64,000 nucleotides of DNA, taken from assembly GCA_963849325.1 (NCBI GenBank), contig CAWKHF010000012.1:1312001-1376000 (forward strand), in the 5' to 3' direction. The notes under the pieces are model-generated. The model had not been told where the DNA came from. It ran no database searches and saw nothing but the letters and a program-made list of their open reading frames with translations. The translations under genes and the position numbers were made by a program. Positions 26,148 to 36,215 of the stretch are shown here, piece after piece. The stretch is from an uncultured Planctomycetota bacterium (GTDB taxonomy: Bacteria; Planctomycetota; Planctomycetia; Gemmatales; Gemmataceae). The stretch's first letter is position 1. Every line of letters starts with the position of its first letter.

Positions 26148-27806
26148 TCACGGCTCGTTGCGGCTCTTTTTCGCCATCCGCAGAACACGCCAGACGAGGA
26201 ACAGGCTGCACGGCAGGCCGAGCACACCGGGGAGAGAAATGTCGAAAAACGGCTCGGCCAGAACGTGGTGACACAGCATCAGTGTCGAGCCGAGGAACAG
26301 CGACGCGCTGACCAGGCCGTCCACCAGCAGGGCGACCGACGTCTCCAGGCGGCGGTGCTCCAGGTGGAACTTGAACTGGCCGCGCTTAGTGCGTTCGAGG
26401 ATGTCGCCCAGGTCGCCGGGCAGCGTCCGCATCAGCTGGTCCCATTCCAGGAACATCCGTCGCAGGTGACGAAAGATTCGCCGTGGCGAGAGCTTCTCCT
26501 GCACGGCCCGGCGGTAGTACGGCTGGATCATCTCGGCCAGGCTGAACGAACGGTCCAGCTTCCGCGACGTGCCCTCCAGCACGATCAGCGCCTTGAGCAG
26601 CAGCGCCAGGTTGGCCGGCAGCAGCAGGTGATAACGACGGATGATGTCGGTCAGGCCGTTGAGTGCGCCGGAGACGTCGAACTGGTTGAGCGACTGCGTG
26701 CCGTAGTCGGCGAGGAAATCGTGTACCTCCGTCTCGAAGGCGTCGCGGTCGAGGTCGGCCGGCACGCGCGCCAGCCGCGTCACCATGTCGGTGAAGCGGC
26801 TGGAATCGCTGGCGATGGCGGACAGTAGCATGGTCGTGAAGGCGTCGCGCGTGTGCTCGTCGAGTCGGCCGACCATGCCGCAGTCGATGACGCCGATGAC
26901 CGTGTGGGCCAACACCAGCAGATTGCCGGGGTGCGGGTCGGCGTGGTAGAAGCCGTCACGGAAAATCATGCCGAGGATGACGTCGGCGCCGCGGCGGGCG
27001 ATGGCTCGCAGGTCGTGTCCCTCCTCTCGAAGCCGAACCGTGTCGTCGATGGGGACGCCGTCGAGGTAGTCCAGGGTCAGCACGCGCCGCGACGACAGCG
27101 CGGGATGCGGCGCGGGAAAGCGGACGGTTCGGTCGCCGGCGAAGTTGTGCAGGAACTCGTCGATGTGGCGCAGTTCGCGGCGAAAGTCCAGCTCGCGCAG
27201 CAGGGTACGGCGGAACTCGGTCATGGTGGCGACCGGCCGATAGTGCCGTAGTTCGGTGCTGTACTTCTCGCCCAGGTCGGCCAGGGCCATCATGATGTCG
27301 AGGTCGGTGGCGACCTTGTCCTCGATGTTGTGGTGCAGCACCTTGACGACGACCTGTCGGCCATCGTGCAGGAGGGCGCGGTGGACCTGACCGATCGACG
27401 CCGAGGCGAACGCCGCCGCCTCGAACTCGGCGAACAGTTCGACGATCGGCTTGTGCAGCTCCGACTCGATGAGGGTACGGGCGGTGTCGGGCGGGTCGGC
27501 CGGCGTGTCGTCCTGCAAGCTGGAGAGCTCGTCGGCGAGGGCGGGGCCGACGAGGTCGGGCGGCGTGCTGAGGATCTGGCCGAGCTTGATGAAGGTGGTG
27601 CCCATCTCGGTCAGGGCCATGCGGATGCGTACCTCGGTGGACAGTCCGGCGATGGGCCGGCCGTCGAAGCCGGTGAGGAAGCGGCGAACCGGGCGGACGT
27701 TGACGGCCTTGAGCCAGTCGGCCAGGCTGTATTTGCAGAGAATGGTCACGATCTGGGCCAGCCGGCCGGCGGTGCGTTGCCCTCGGGCGAGGGTCGTGAG
27801 GTCCAT
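26148..27806 (-). CDS. ABC1/AarF/UbiB family atypical kinase
   Basis: FIKLGQILST, ASASIGQVH, VVVKV, ELDF, FYHADPHPGN, IDCGMVG, two C-terminal TM helices. Confidence 0.9.
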   Translation of the reverse strand: MDLTTLARGQRTAGRLAQIVTILCKYSLADWLKAVNVRPVRRFLTGFDGRPIAGLSTEVRIRMALTEMGTTFIKLGQILSTPPDLVGPALADELSSLQDDTPADPPDTARTLIESELHKPIVELFAEFEAAAFASASIGQVHRALLHDGRQVVVKVLHHNIEDKVATDLDIMMALADLGEKYSTELRHYRPVATMTEFRRTLLRELDFRRELRHIDEFLHNFAGDRTVRFPAPHPALSSRRVLTLDYLDGVPIDDTVRLREEGHDLRAIARRGADVILGMIFRDGFYHADPHPGNLLVLAHTVIGVIDCGMVGRLDEHTRDAFTTMLLSAIASDSSRFTDMVTRLARVPADLDRDAFETEVHDFLADYGTQSLNQFDVSGALNGLTDIIRRYHLLLPANLALLLKALIVLEGTSRKLDRSFSLAEMIQPYYRRAVQEKLSPRRIFRHLRRMFLEWDQLMRTLPGDLGDILERTKRGQFKFHLEHRRLETSVALLVDGLVSASLFLGSTLMLCHHVLAEPFFDISLPGVLGLPCSLFLVWRVLRMAKKSRNEP

Positions 27807-27977
27807 GGGGCGGGGACTCCGAGATCGGGAACTCTCCGCGGTTCTTCGTTGGCTCTGCCCCAATCTTAGCTGCGCCGCCGCCGTCGGTCAGGATCAACCG
27901 CTCGGCGACCCCTGGCGGGGCGGCCGTTTATCGACTATGCTGCCGCCCAGGAACCTACTCACTCCGAGGGACTCACC

Positions 27978-28904
27978 ATGCTCGCTCTCTTTCTGCTCTC
28001 GGCCGTGCTGCCCGGCCAGTTGCCGGCCGACGACGCCGTCAAGCCGGCGCAAGTGGTCGTTGTGCCCGAGTACAGCGAGGGCATCGTCTTCGACCACGCC
28101 GGCAACGCCTACATCTCGCACGGCAAGATCATCACGCAAATCGGCCGCGACGGCAAGGCCCATAAGTGGGCCGAGACCGGTGCGCCGAACGGCCACAAGA
28201 TCCTGGCCGACGGCACGCACTTGGTCTGCGACGCCAGCCATCACGCCGTCCTGCACCTGGACGCCGACGGCAAGATGTTGCCGCACGCCGCCAAGGAGTG
28301 CGACGGCCAACCGCTCCGCGCTCCCAACGACCTGACCCTCGATCCCAAGGGCGGCTTCTACTTCACTGATCCCGCCGACTCCAGCGCCGACAAGCCGGTC
28401 GGCACCGTCCACTACGTCGATCCGCGCGGCCGGACGCACCGGATCGCCCACGGCTTCGCTTACCCCAACGGCATCGTGCTGCGGCCGGGCGGCAAGACGC
28501 TGTTGGTGGCCGAGAGCCGACACAACCGCATCCTCGCCTTCGCCGTGCTCGAACCCGGCAAGGTCGGCGAAAAGCAAGTCTTCGCCGAGTTGCCAACGAA
28601 GAAGGGCGACCAGATCGACAACCAGCCCGACGGCATGTGCCTGGACGCCGACGGCAACCTGTACGTCGCCCACTACGGCATGCATCAGGTTCAGGTGCTC
28701 GGCCCAGACGGCCGACTGCTGCGCCGCTACCCCGGCGGCACGCTGACGACCAGCAATGTCGCCTTCAGTGGTCCCAACATGGACCAGCTCTACGTCACGG
28801 GGGCGCTGGGCGAGGAGAAGGGCAGCAAGGGGGCGTTGTTCCGGCTCGATTTGAAGGGCGTCAAGGGGCTGGTGATCCTGCCGAAAAAAGCAGGGAAGCC
28901 TTGA
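27978..28904 (+). CDS. SMP-30/gluconolactonase family beta-propeller
   Basis: SEG, APNG, PNDL, YFTD, PNGI, PDGM, TSNVAF. N-terminal signal-like segment. Confidence 0.88.
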   Translation: MLALFLLSAVLPGQLPADDAVKPAQVVVVPEYSEGIVFDHAGNAYISHGKIITQIGRDGKAHKWAETGAPNGHKILADGTHLVCDASHHAVLHLDADGKMLPHAAKECDGQPLRAPNDLTLDPKGGFYFTDPADSSADKPVGTVHYVDPRGRTHRIAHGFAYPNGIVLRPGGKTLLVAESRHNRILAFAVLEPGKVGEKQVFAELPTKKGDQIDNQPDGMCLDADGNLYVAHYGMHQVQVLGPDGRLLRRYPGGTLTTSNVAFSGPNMDQLYVTGALGEEKGSKGALFRLDLKGVKGLVILPKKAGKP

Positions 28905-28914
28905 AGGCACGACC

Positions 28915-28968
28915 AGTCCGGAGGCGTCCGCCCCAGACGGGTCGGACCCGTCGCGGACGCTCCGGACT
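28915..28968. repeat. REP-like hairpin between convergent genes
   Basis: AGTCCGGAG(G)CGTCCGC...GACGGGTC / GACCCGTCGCGGACGCTCCGGACT imperfect inverted repeat. Confidence 0.6.
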
Positions 28969-28986
28969 TGCCAAATGGACCTTATT

Positions 28987-29691
28987 TCACTCCGGTAAAT
29001 ACAGAATACGGCCGCACGACTTGCACAAGCACGAACATCTCCTGCTGCAGTTCGTTGTACTGCTGGGCCGTGATCTCGGTATAGCAAGCGGTGCAGGTGC
29101 GGCCGTGGACGGCCGCCAGGGCGTCGTGTCCCTTGGAGGCCACGTCGCGGTCGTACTGGACCCGGACTTTGGCCGAGATGCTCGTCTCCAGGGCTTGCAA
29201 TTGCTTCTGCGCCTCGTCGTGCTGGCGGCTGCAGGTCCGCCAGACGTTCCTGCATCCCCGCCTCGTACTTGGCGTACTCGTCCCTGGCCTGGCGCACTGC
29301 CTTCTCCAGCTCCGGCAGCTGGGCCGTCTTCTCCTCGCTCTCGGCGATGCCGTTGAGGATTTCCTCCTCCAGCCGCTGGCACGTCGTCTGGGCGTCGCGG
29401 ATTTCGTGCTGCAGCGCCTCGTATTCTTTCTTCGATCCGGCCTCGTTGAGCTGCTTCTGATACTTGGCGATCTGCCCGTGCATCGTCTTGAGCGTCCCTT
29501 CCTTGCCGTGGACCTCGACCTTGAGGTGTTTGATCGCTTCCTGGGCCTCGCGCTGGGCTTCCTCTTGATGCGCGACCTTGGCTTGCTGAATCTTTTGCTG
29601 CCGCGGCACGCGGTCGATTTGCTCCTGCAGGTCGTGGCTCGAAGCGACGCAGACGATGAATTTCGCGGAAGAGGATGGCGGGACCGGACAT
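28987..29691 (-). CDS. Coiled-coil, C4 zinc-ribbon protein (DUF164/CT398/HP0958-like); frameshifts
   Basis: Long coiled coil (KEYEALQHEI), then CTAC...CKSCGRILY. Downstream of rpoD. Confidence 0.82.
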   Translation of the reverse strand: MSGPAILFREIHRLRRFEPRPAGANRPRAAAAKDSASQGRASRGSPARGPGSDQTPQGRGPRQGRDAQDDARADRQVSEAAQRGRIEERIRGAAARNPRRPDDVPAAGGGNPQRHRRERGEDGPAAGAGEGSAPGQGRVRQVRGGDAGTSGGPAAASTTRRRSNCKPWRRASRPKSGSSTTATWPPRDTTPWRPSTAAPAPLAIPRSRPSSTTNCSRRCSCLCKSCGRILYLPE

Positions 29692-29711
29692 GATGAACTC
29701 CTTGCCGTTCA

Positions 29712-29860
29712 GGGCGAGCGCGGTCGCGTTTGTGGCGTTCCGGAAGAACTTCGTTTAGCCGCGACGCGCAGCGGAGCGCGGGAATTCCCGCGCTCCGCTG
29801 CGCGTCGCGGCTAAACGGGGAAGTCATTCCGGAACGCCTCCAAACGCGACCGCTCGCCCC
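29712..29860. repeat. Perfect 66-bp palindrome (29752-29817) nested inside a larger imperfect inverted repeat
   Basis: Core CGTTTAGCCGCGACGCGCAGCGGAGCGCGGGAA|TTCCCGCGCTCCGCTGCGCGTCGCGGCTAAACG. Outer arms GGGCGAGCGCGGTCGCGTTTGTGGCGTTCCGGAAGAACTT and AAGTCATTCCGGAACGCCTCCAAACGCGACCGCTCGCCC. Confidence 0.9.
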
Positions 29861-29863
29861 AAC

Positions 29864-29895
29864 AAAAAAACCGCCGGTCTTTTTGACCGGCGGTT
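29864..29895 (-). terminator. Rho-independent terminator after rpoD
   Basis: Minus strand reads AACCGCCGGTC-AAAAA-GACCGGCGG-TTTTTTT. Confidence 0.85.
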
Positions 29896-29902
29896 GCGTG
29901 TC

Positions 29903-31554
<1,652 letters not shown>

Positions 31555-31579
31555 CAAACCCTCCCTCGCCCATTTCTTC

Positions 31580-31650
31580 AGTTCTGAGTTCTGAGTTCTG
31601 AGTGAAGAGTTCTGTTTTCACTCAGAACTCAGAACTCAGCACTCAGAACT
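31580..31650. repeat. Inverted arrays of a heptamer (AGTTCTG / CAGAACT) forming a ~27-bp stem
   Basis: AGTTCTGAGTTCTGAGTTCTGAGTGAA, 10-nt loop, TTCACTCAGAACTCAGAACTCAGCACTCAGAACT. Overlaps the dnaG stop. Confidence 0.85.
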
Positions 31651-33433
31651 TTGGATTTTGCAGCTGCCGGAGCAGTTCCAGTTCCGCCGCGGGATCGCTG
31701 GCGGCGTTCAGCTGAGTATGGAGTTCCTGTTTGACGCGCTTGAGGCGGCGCTGCTGGAAAAAGGCCAGGAGTTGCCGCAGGCACGCCGGACGGTCGGGGA
31801 TGGCCCGGCCGATGGCTTGCAGTTCGAGTGCTTTCGCCGCCAGGTGGACGTTGTCCAGGCGGGGACGCAAGCAGATCAAGCGTGGGCGGCTCGCCGGCCG
31901 CCCGCAGGGCGTACAGCCCCTCCAACAGCCCACGTAAGCCGGGATGGGCGATCTCCTCGGGGCGGATCGGCCGCCGCCGCCGGCTCCACCAGCGCCGGCT
32001 CCGCCAGCAGCAGTTCCAGCAGTTGCCTCTCCTCGGGGGCCGCCCGCGCCGTGCGCGGCCCCGCCTCCTCGGGCGGGGACTTGCTCGTCCGAGCCGCCCT
32101 CGCGGCCGCGGCCGCGCTTGCGCGTCCGCAGTTCTTCCAGACGTGCCCATACGGTCTCCTCCTTGAGTGCCAAACGACGGGCAATCCGGCTCACCATGAG
32201 CTGCGCCTTGACGGCGCCGGTCTGTCCGGGCAGCGGCGGCGCCAGGGCGATGATGCCGAGCACCGCGTCCACGGCCCGACGCGCTTCCTCGACACTCGGC
32301 GGGCCGCCGCGCGGCAGCACCTGATTGAGCTTGAACTCCAGGGCGTCCACCGCCTCGTCGAGCACCTGGCGGAAGGCGTCGGCCCCTTGCCGCACCAGCA
32401 GGTCGCACGGGTCCAGTCCCTCCGGCAGCGTGGCGATGGCCAGATCGACATCCTGGCCGGCGAAGATCTCCAGGGCGCGATCGACGCCGTTGTCGCCGCC
32501 GGCGTCGGCGTCGAAGACCAGCACCACGCGCGGCGCGAAGCGCCGAATCTGCCGCACATGCCGCTCGTTCAGGGCCGTGCCCATCGTCGCCACCACCTGC
32601 CCGACGCCCATCTGGTGCGCCATCAGCACGTCGGTGTAGCCCTCCACGACGGCCAGGTAGCCGGCCTTGCCGGCCGCCTGCCGTGCGTGGTCCAGCCCGT
32701 AAAGTTGCTCGCTCTTGTTAAAGAGCGGGGTCGTTGTGGAGTTATAATACTTCGGCCCTCGGGACGATAGAGGAGATGTGGGCAGGATGCGCCCGCCGAA
32801 GCCGACCGTCTGTCCGCGCGTGTCGCGGATGGGGAACTGAACGCGGTCGCGGAAGCGATCGTAATAGCCGGCCCGCTCGTTTCGCGGCGCGATCAGTCCC
32901 ACTTGTTCGAGCACCTCCAGGGCCACGCTCGCCGCCTCCGCTCGCTGCACCAGCCAATCGCCGACCCGAGGGGCGTAGCCCAGGCCGTAGCGCCGCACCG
33001 TCTCTCCCGTCAGGCCGCGCGAGCCGACGTAGCGCCGCGCCTCCTCCGCCAACGGCGAATCCAGCAGGCACTCGTGGAACTGCTGCGCCGCCCAGCGGAT
33101 CACGTCAAGCATGACGGCGCGGCCCTGGTTCTGCACGGAATTCGCACTTTTTTCCAGGGTGATCCCCGCGCGGCGGGCCAGAAGTTCGAGCGCTTCGGCA
33201 AAGCCGACGTGCTCGAATTCTTGAACAAAGGTGAAGACGTCGCCGTATTTATTACAGGACCAGCAGCGATAGTTCTGCCATTGCGGGTCCACGTCGAAGG
33301 AGGGTCGGTGATCGTCGTGGAAGGGACAAAGACCCTTGAACTTGCCGCCCGCGGGGCGCAGCTCGATATAGCCGGCGATCACCTGGACGATGTCGTTGGC
33401 CTCTTTGACCTGCTTGACCTGATCGTCTGCCAA
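31643..33433 (-). CDS. dnaG: DNA primase
   Basis: CPFHDD...CWSC zinc finger, DRFRDR, GFGGR, KYYNS, VEGYTDV, DADAGG, GLDPCD. C-terminal part is locally frameshifted. Confidence 0.95.
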   Translation of the reverse strand: MADDQVKQVKEANDIVQVIAGYIELRPAGGKFKGLCPFHDDHRPSFDVDPQWQNYRCWSCNKYGDVFTFVQEFEHVGFAEALELLARRAGITLEKSANSVQNQGRAVMLDVIRWAAQQFHECLLDSPLAEEARRYVGSRGLTGETVRRYGLGYAPRVGDWLVQRAEAASVALEVLEQVGLIAPRNERAGYYDRFRDRVQFPIRDTRGQTVGFGGRILPTSPLSSRGPKYYNSTTTPLFNKSEQLYGLDHARQAAGKAGYLAVVEGYTDVLMAHQMGVGQVVATMGTALNERHVRQIRRFAPRVVLVFDADAGGDNGVDRALEIFAGQDVDLAIATLPEGLDPCDLLVRQGADAFRQVLDEAVDALEFKLNQVLPRGGPPSVEEARRAVDAVLGIIALAPPLPGQTGAVKAQLMVSRIARRLALKEETVWARLEELRTRKRGRGREGGSDEQVPARGGGAAHGAGGPRGEATAGTAAGGAGAGGAGGGGRSAPRRSPIPAYVGCWRGCTPCGRPASRPRLICLRPRLDNVHLAAKALELQAIGRAIPDRPACLRQLLAFFQQRRLKRVKQELHTQLNAASDPAAELELLRQLQNPKF

Positions 33434-34018
33434 GGGCCACCCGTCCCGGAGCCAGCCATGAAATCCGATTGAGCGGACGACCCTGGCCCGTCATCCGTCC
33501 CGAATCCGGATCAACACCTTTGTCTGCCAAGGCAGGATCTATCAGCGGCGGGGTCCACGGCCGAGAGGATGGAGAAGAGAAGGAAAGCAACGCATGGCCA
33601 TTCCCGGATTGAAGGATGTTGACCGGGAGCCGCCCCCTGCGCCCGTTCCTCCCTCGACTGATCCTCCCCAACCGGCCGGGCCGGCTGGCGCTTGGCCATG
33701 TCCGGCATTCCTTTGCCGCCACGCTCGGCACGACCGACATCCCGTCGATCGCGTTGGCTCGTCCCGTTGTTTTGCGCAAGGGCAAACACCACGAGTCGAT
33801 CGAGCCCCCTGCTTCTCCGAGCGTTGTGGAATTATAGCTGGATGGTCCAAACCCGTCAAGCTGGGCAAGGCCCGCCGCCTGTCCCGTTCTCTCGCTTTAT
33901 CTCGTTGCTTCCGTACCAGTTAATAACACCGCCATGCCGTAAGGGTTTCGTCCGGCCCAATTCGGCGTACCGGCACAACAGGTAAAAGCGCCCGCGTTTG
34001 TCCGGTTCGTCCCTGCAT

Positions 34019-34092
34019 TCCCGTTTAGCCGCGACTGCGCAGCGGAGCGCGGGAGACTCCCGCGCTCCGCTGCGCGTCGCGGCTAAACGGGA
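34019..34092. repeat. 66-bp palindrome family, copy 2
   Basis: Same arms as 29752 with centre GGGAGACTCCC and one extra T. Confidence 0.9.
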
Positions 34093-34209
34093 GTAGTTCC
34101 TCGACCGCGCCCGAGTGAATCGAATGTTTGCGTTGAACTGACGACGGCGGTCGTGCCGAAAAGAAGGAGGTCCGTCTGAACGGTGAATCCGGCACGAAAG
34201 GAGACAGGG

Positions 34210-36150
34210 ATGACTCAGACACACTCCGCGAGTCCTCGCGGGAGGGGGTCTTTGACGCGCGGGAGAGCGACGGCGCTGGGCTGGCTGACGAGCTGTCTGG
34301 TTCTGGGGGCGATGGCGGCCCCGGCGTCGGCGGCGCCGCCGACGGTGACGGCGATGCTGAGCTTCCATCCGCGCCAGGAGGGCGTCGTCTGCACCACGCC
34401 CGCGTCCGACAAGCAGACCGGCTGCAAGGTCGAGCTGGTCAAGTCCGGCCGCGGCAGCGGCTGGGTACTCAAGGACGACGAGGGCAGCCTCCTTCGCCGC
34501 TTCTTCGACAGCAACGGCGACAATCGGATCGACGTTTGGGCCTACTACAAGGACGGCGTCGAAGTTTACACCGAGATCGACACGACCTTCACCGGCAAGC
34601 CCGATCAGTATCGCTGGCTCAACGCCGGCGGCTCCAAGTGGGGTCTCGATGAAAACAAGGACGGCCGTATCGACTCCTGGAAGGTCATCTCTCCCGAGGA
34701 GGTCAGTCAGGAAGTCCTGCAAGCGCTGATCGCCAAGGACTTCATGCGCATGCAGCCGCTGATGCTGACCGAGGCGGAGCTGAAGGCGTTGGATCTGCCG
34801 GCCGAGCAGGCCAGCCGCATCCGCGAACAGCTCAAGGCCGCTTCCGAGAAGTTCCAGGAGACGGTCGGCAAGCTGACCAAGCTCAGCGCCAAGGCGACGT
34901 GGATCCACCTGGAGACGGTGGCGCCGCAGTGCGTGGCGGCGGATGGCGCCGGCGGCCGGGCCGACGTCCTCAAGCACGCGCGTGGCACCCTGCTGTACGA
35001 CAGCGGCAGCGGCAGCGATTGGATTCAGACCGGCGAGATGTACCAGGTCGGCGGCGCCTGGCGCCTTGTCAGCGCTCCCGTCCCCGGCGCCTCCGCTCCC
35101 GACTCGCCCTCGGGCAAGGGCAGCACCATCAGCGACCTCGATCAGAACCCCGAATTGCAGAAAATGATCTCCGATCTGACGGAGTTGGACAAGCAAGTCC
35201 CAGCGGCCGGCACCGGCGTCAACGCGGCGCTGGCCCAGCACCATCTGAAGAGGGCGAACATCCTGGAGCGCATCGTCGCCAAGGTCAAGCCGACCGAGCG
35301 CGATCCGTGGATTCGCCAGGTGGCCGACAGCCTGAGCACTGCCGCTCAGTCCAGCGAGTACAAGGACGCGGCCGCCATGGATCGGCTGCTCAACCTGGAG
35401 AAGCAGCTGGCCACCGCCCTGCCGGCCGGCCATTCGCTGACGGCCTACGTCACCTACCGCGAGATGCAGGCCGACTATTCGCGCCGCCTGCCGCCCAACG
35501 GCCCGGAGAAGGACTTCAACAAGGTGCAGCAAGCGTGGCTGACGCGACTGGGCAAGTTCGTGCAGGACTTCCCGCGCGGCGAAGACACGCCCGACGCCCT
35601 GTTGCAGGCCGGCATGGTCAGCGAGTTCCTCAACAAGGAAGTCGAGGCCAAGAACTGGTACGGCCAGCTGGTGCGCAACTTCAACGACAAGCCGCAGGCA
35701 CGCAAGGCGGAAGGCTCGGTTCGCCGCATCGACCTGGAGGGCCAGGTGCTCAAGCTGGCCGGGCCGATGATGAACGACCCGAACATCGCCTTCGACGTCG
35801 ATCAGATGCGCGGCAAGGTCGTGGTCGTGTATTACTGGGCCAGCTGGAACAACCAGTGTACCGGCGACTTCGCCAAGCTCAAGCAGATGCTCGACAGCCA
35901 CACCGGCAAGCTCGACCTGGTGTGCGTCAACCTCGATAACACGCTCGACGAGGCGCGCAAGTACCTGGGCACCTCGCCGGCGCCGGGCACGCACCTGCAC
36001 CAGGACGGCGGCCTGGAAGGCAAGTTGGCCACCGACTACGGCATTCAGGTTCTGCCGACGATCTTCGTCGTCGGCAAGGATGGCAAGGTCGTCAGCCGCA
36101 ATGGCCAAATCGCCAACCTGGAGGACGAGGTCAAGAAGCTAGTGAAGTGA
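34210..36150 (+). CDS. Secreted multidomain protein with a C-terminal TlpA/thioredoxin-like domain
   Basis: Signal peptide ending ASA-A, DxNxDxxID loops, helical middle region, GKVVVVYYWASWNNQC...YGIQVLPTIFVVGKDGKV. Confidence 0.8.
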   Translation: MTQTHSASPRGRGSLTRGRATALGWLTSCLVLGAMAAPASAAPPTVTAMLSFHPRQEGVVCTTPASDKQTGCKVELVKSGRGSGWVLKDDEGSLLRRFFDSNGDNRIDVWAYYKDGVEVYTEIDTTFTGKPDQYRWLNAGGSKWGLDENKDGRIDSWKVISPEEVSQEVLQALIAKDFMRMQPLMLTEAELKALDLPAEQASRIREQLKAASEKFQETVGKLTKLSAKATWIHLETVAPQCVAADGAGGRADVLKHARGTLLYDSGSGSDWIQTGEMYQVGGAWRLVSAPVPGASAPDSPSGKGSTISDLDQNPELQKMISDLTELDKQVPAAGTGVNAALAQHHLKRANILERIVAKVKPTERDPWIRQVADSLSTAAQSSEYKDAAAMDRLLNLEKQLATALPAGHSLTAYVTYREMQADYSRRLPPNGPEKDFNKVQQAWLTRLGKFVQDFPRGEDTPDALLQAGMVSEFLNKEVEAKNWYGQLVRNFNDKPQARKAEGSVRRIDLEGQVLKLAGPMMNDPNIAFDVDQMRGKVVVVYYWASWNNQCTGDFAKLKQMLDSHTGKLDLVCVNLDNTLDEARKYLGTSPAPGTHLHQDGGLEGKLATDYGIQVLPTIFVVGKDGKVVSRNGQIANLEDEVKKLVK

Positions 36151-36169
36151 CACGCCGGCGTCCCACCGC

Positions 36170-36211
36170 GCCGCTTGCGGCTTGGCACCGGCTAAGCCGC
36201 AAGCGGCTTTT
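36170..36211. repeat. REP-like hairpin / possible terminator between convergent genes
   Basis: GCCGCTTGCGGCTTGGC-ACCG-GCTAAGCCGCAAGCGGC followed by TTTT. A related degenerate copy lies near 15737-15783. Confidence 0.7.
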
Positions 36212-36215
36212 TCGT

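Noticed and set aside
33856-36108. Long antisense ORFs (e.g. 33856..36108, 3177..4811, 48732..51038)
   Set aside because: These are shadow frames of well-supported genes, expected in high-GC DNA.
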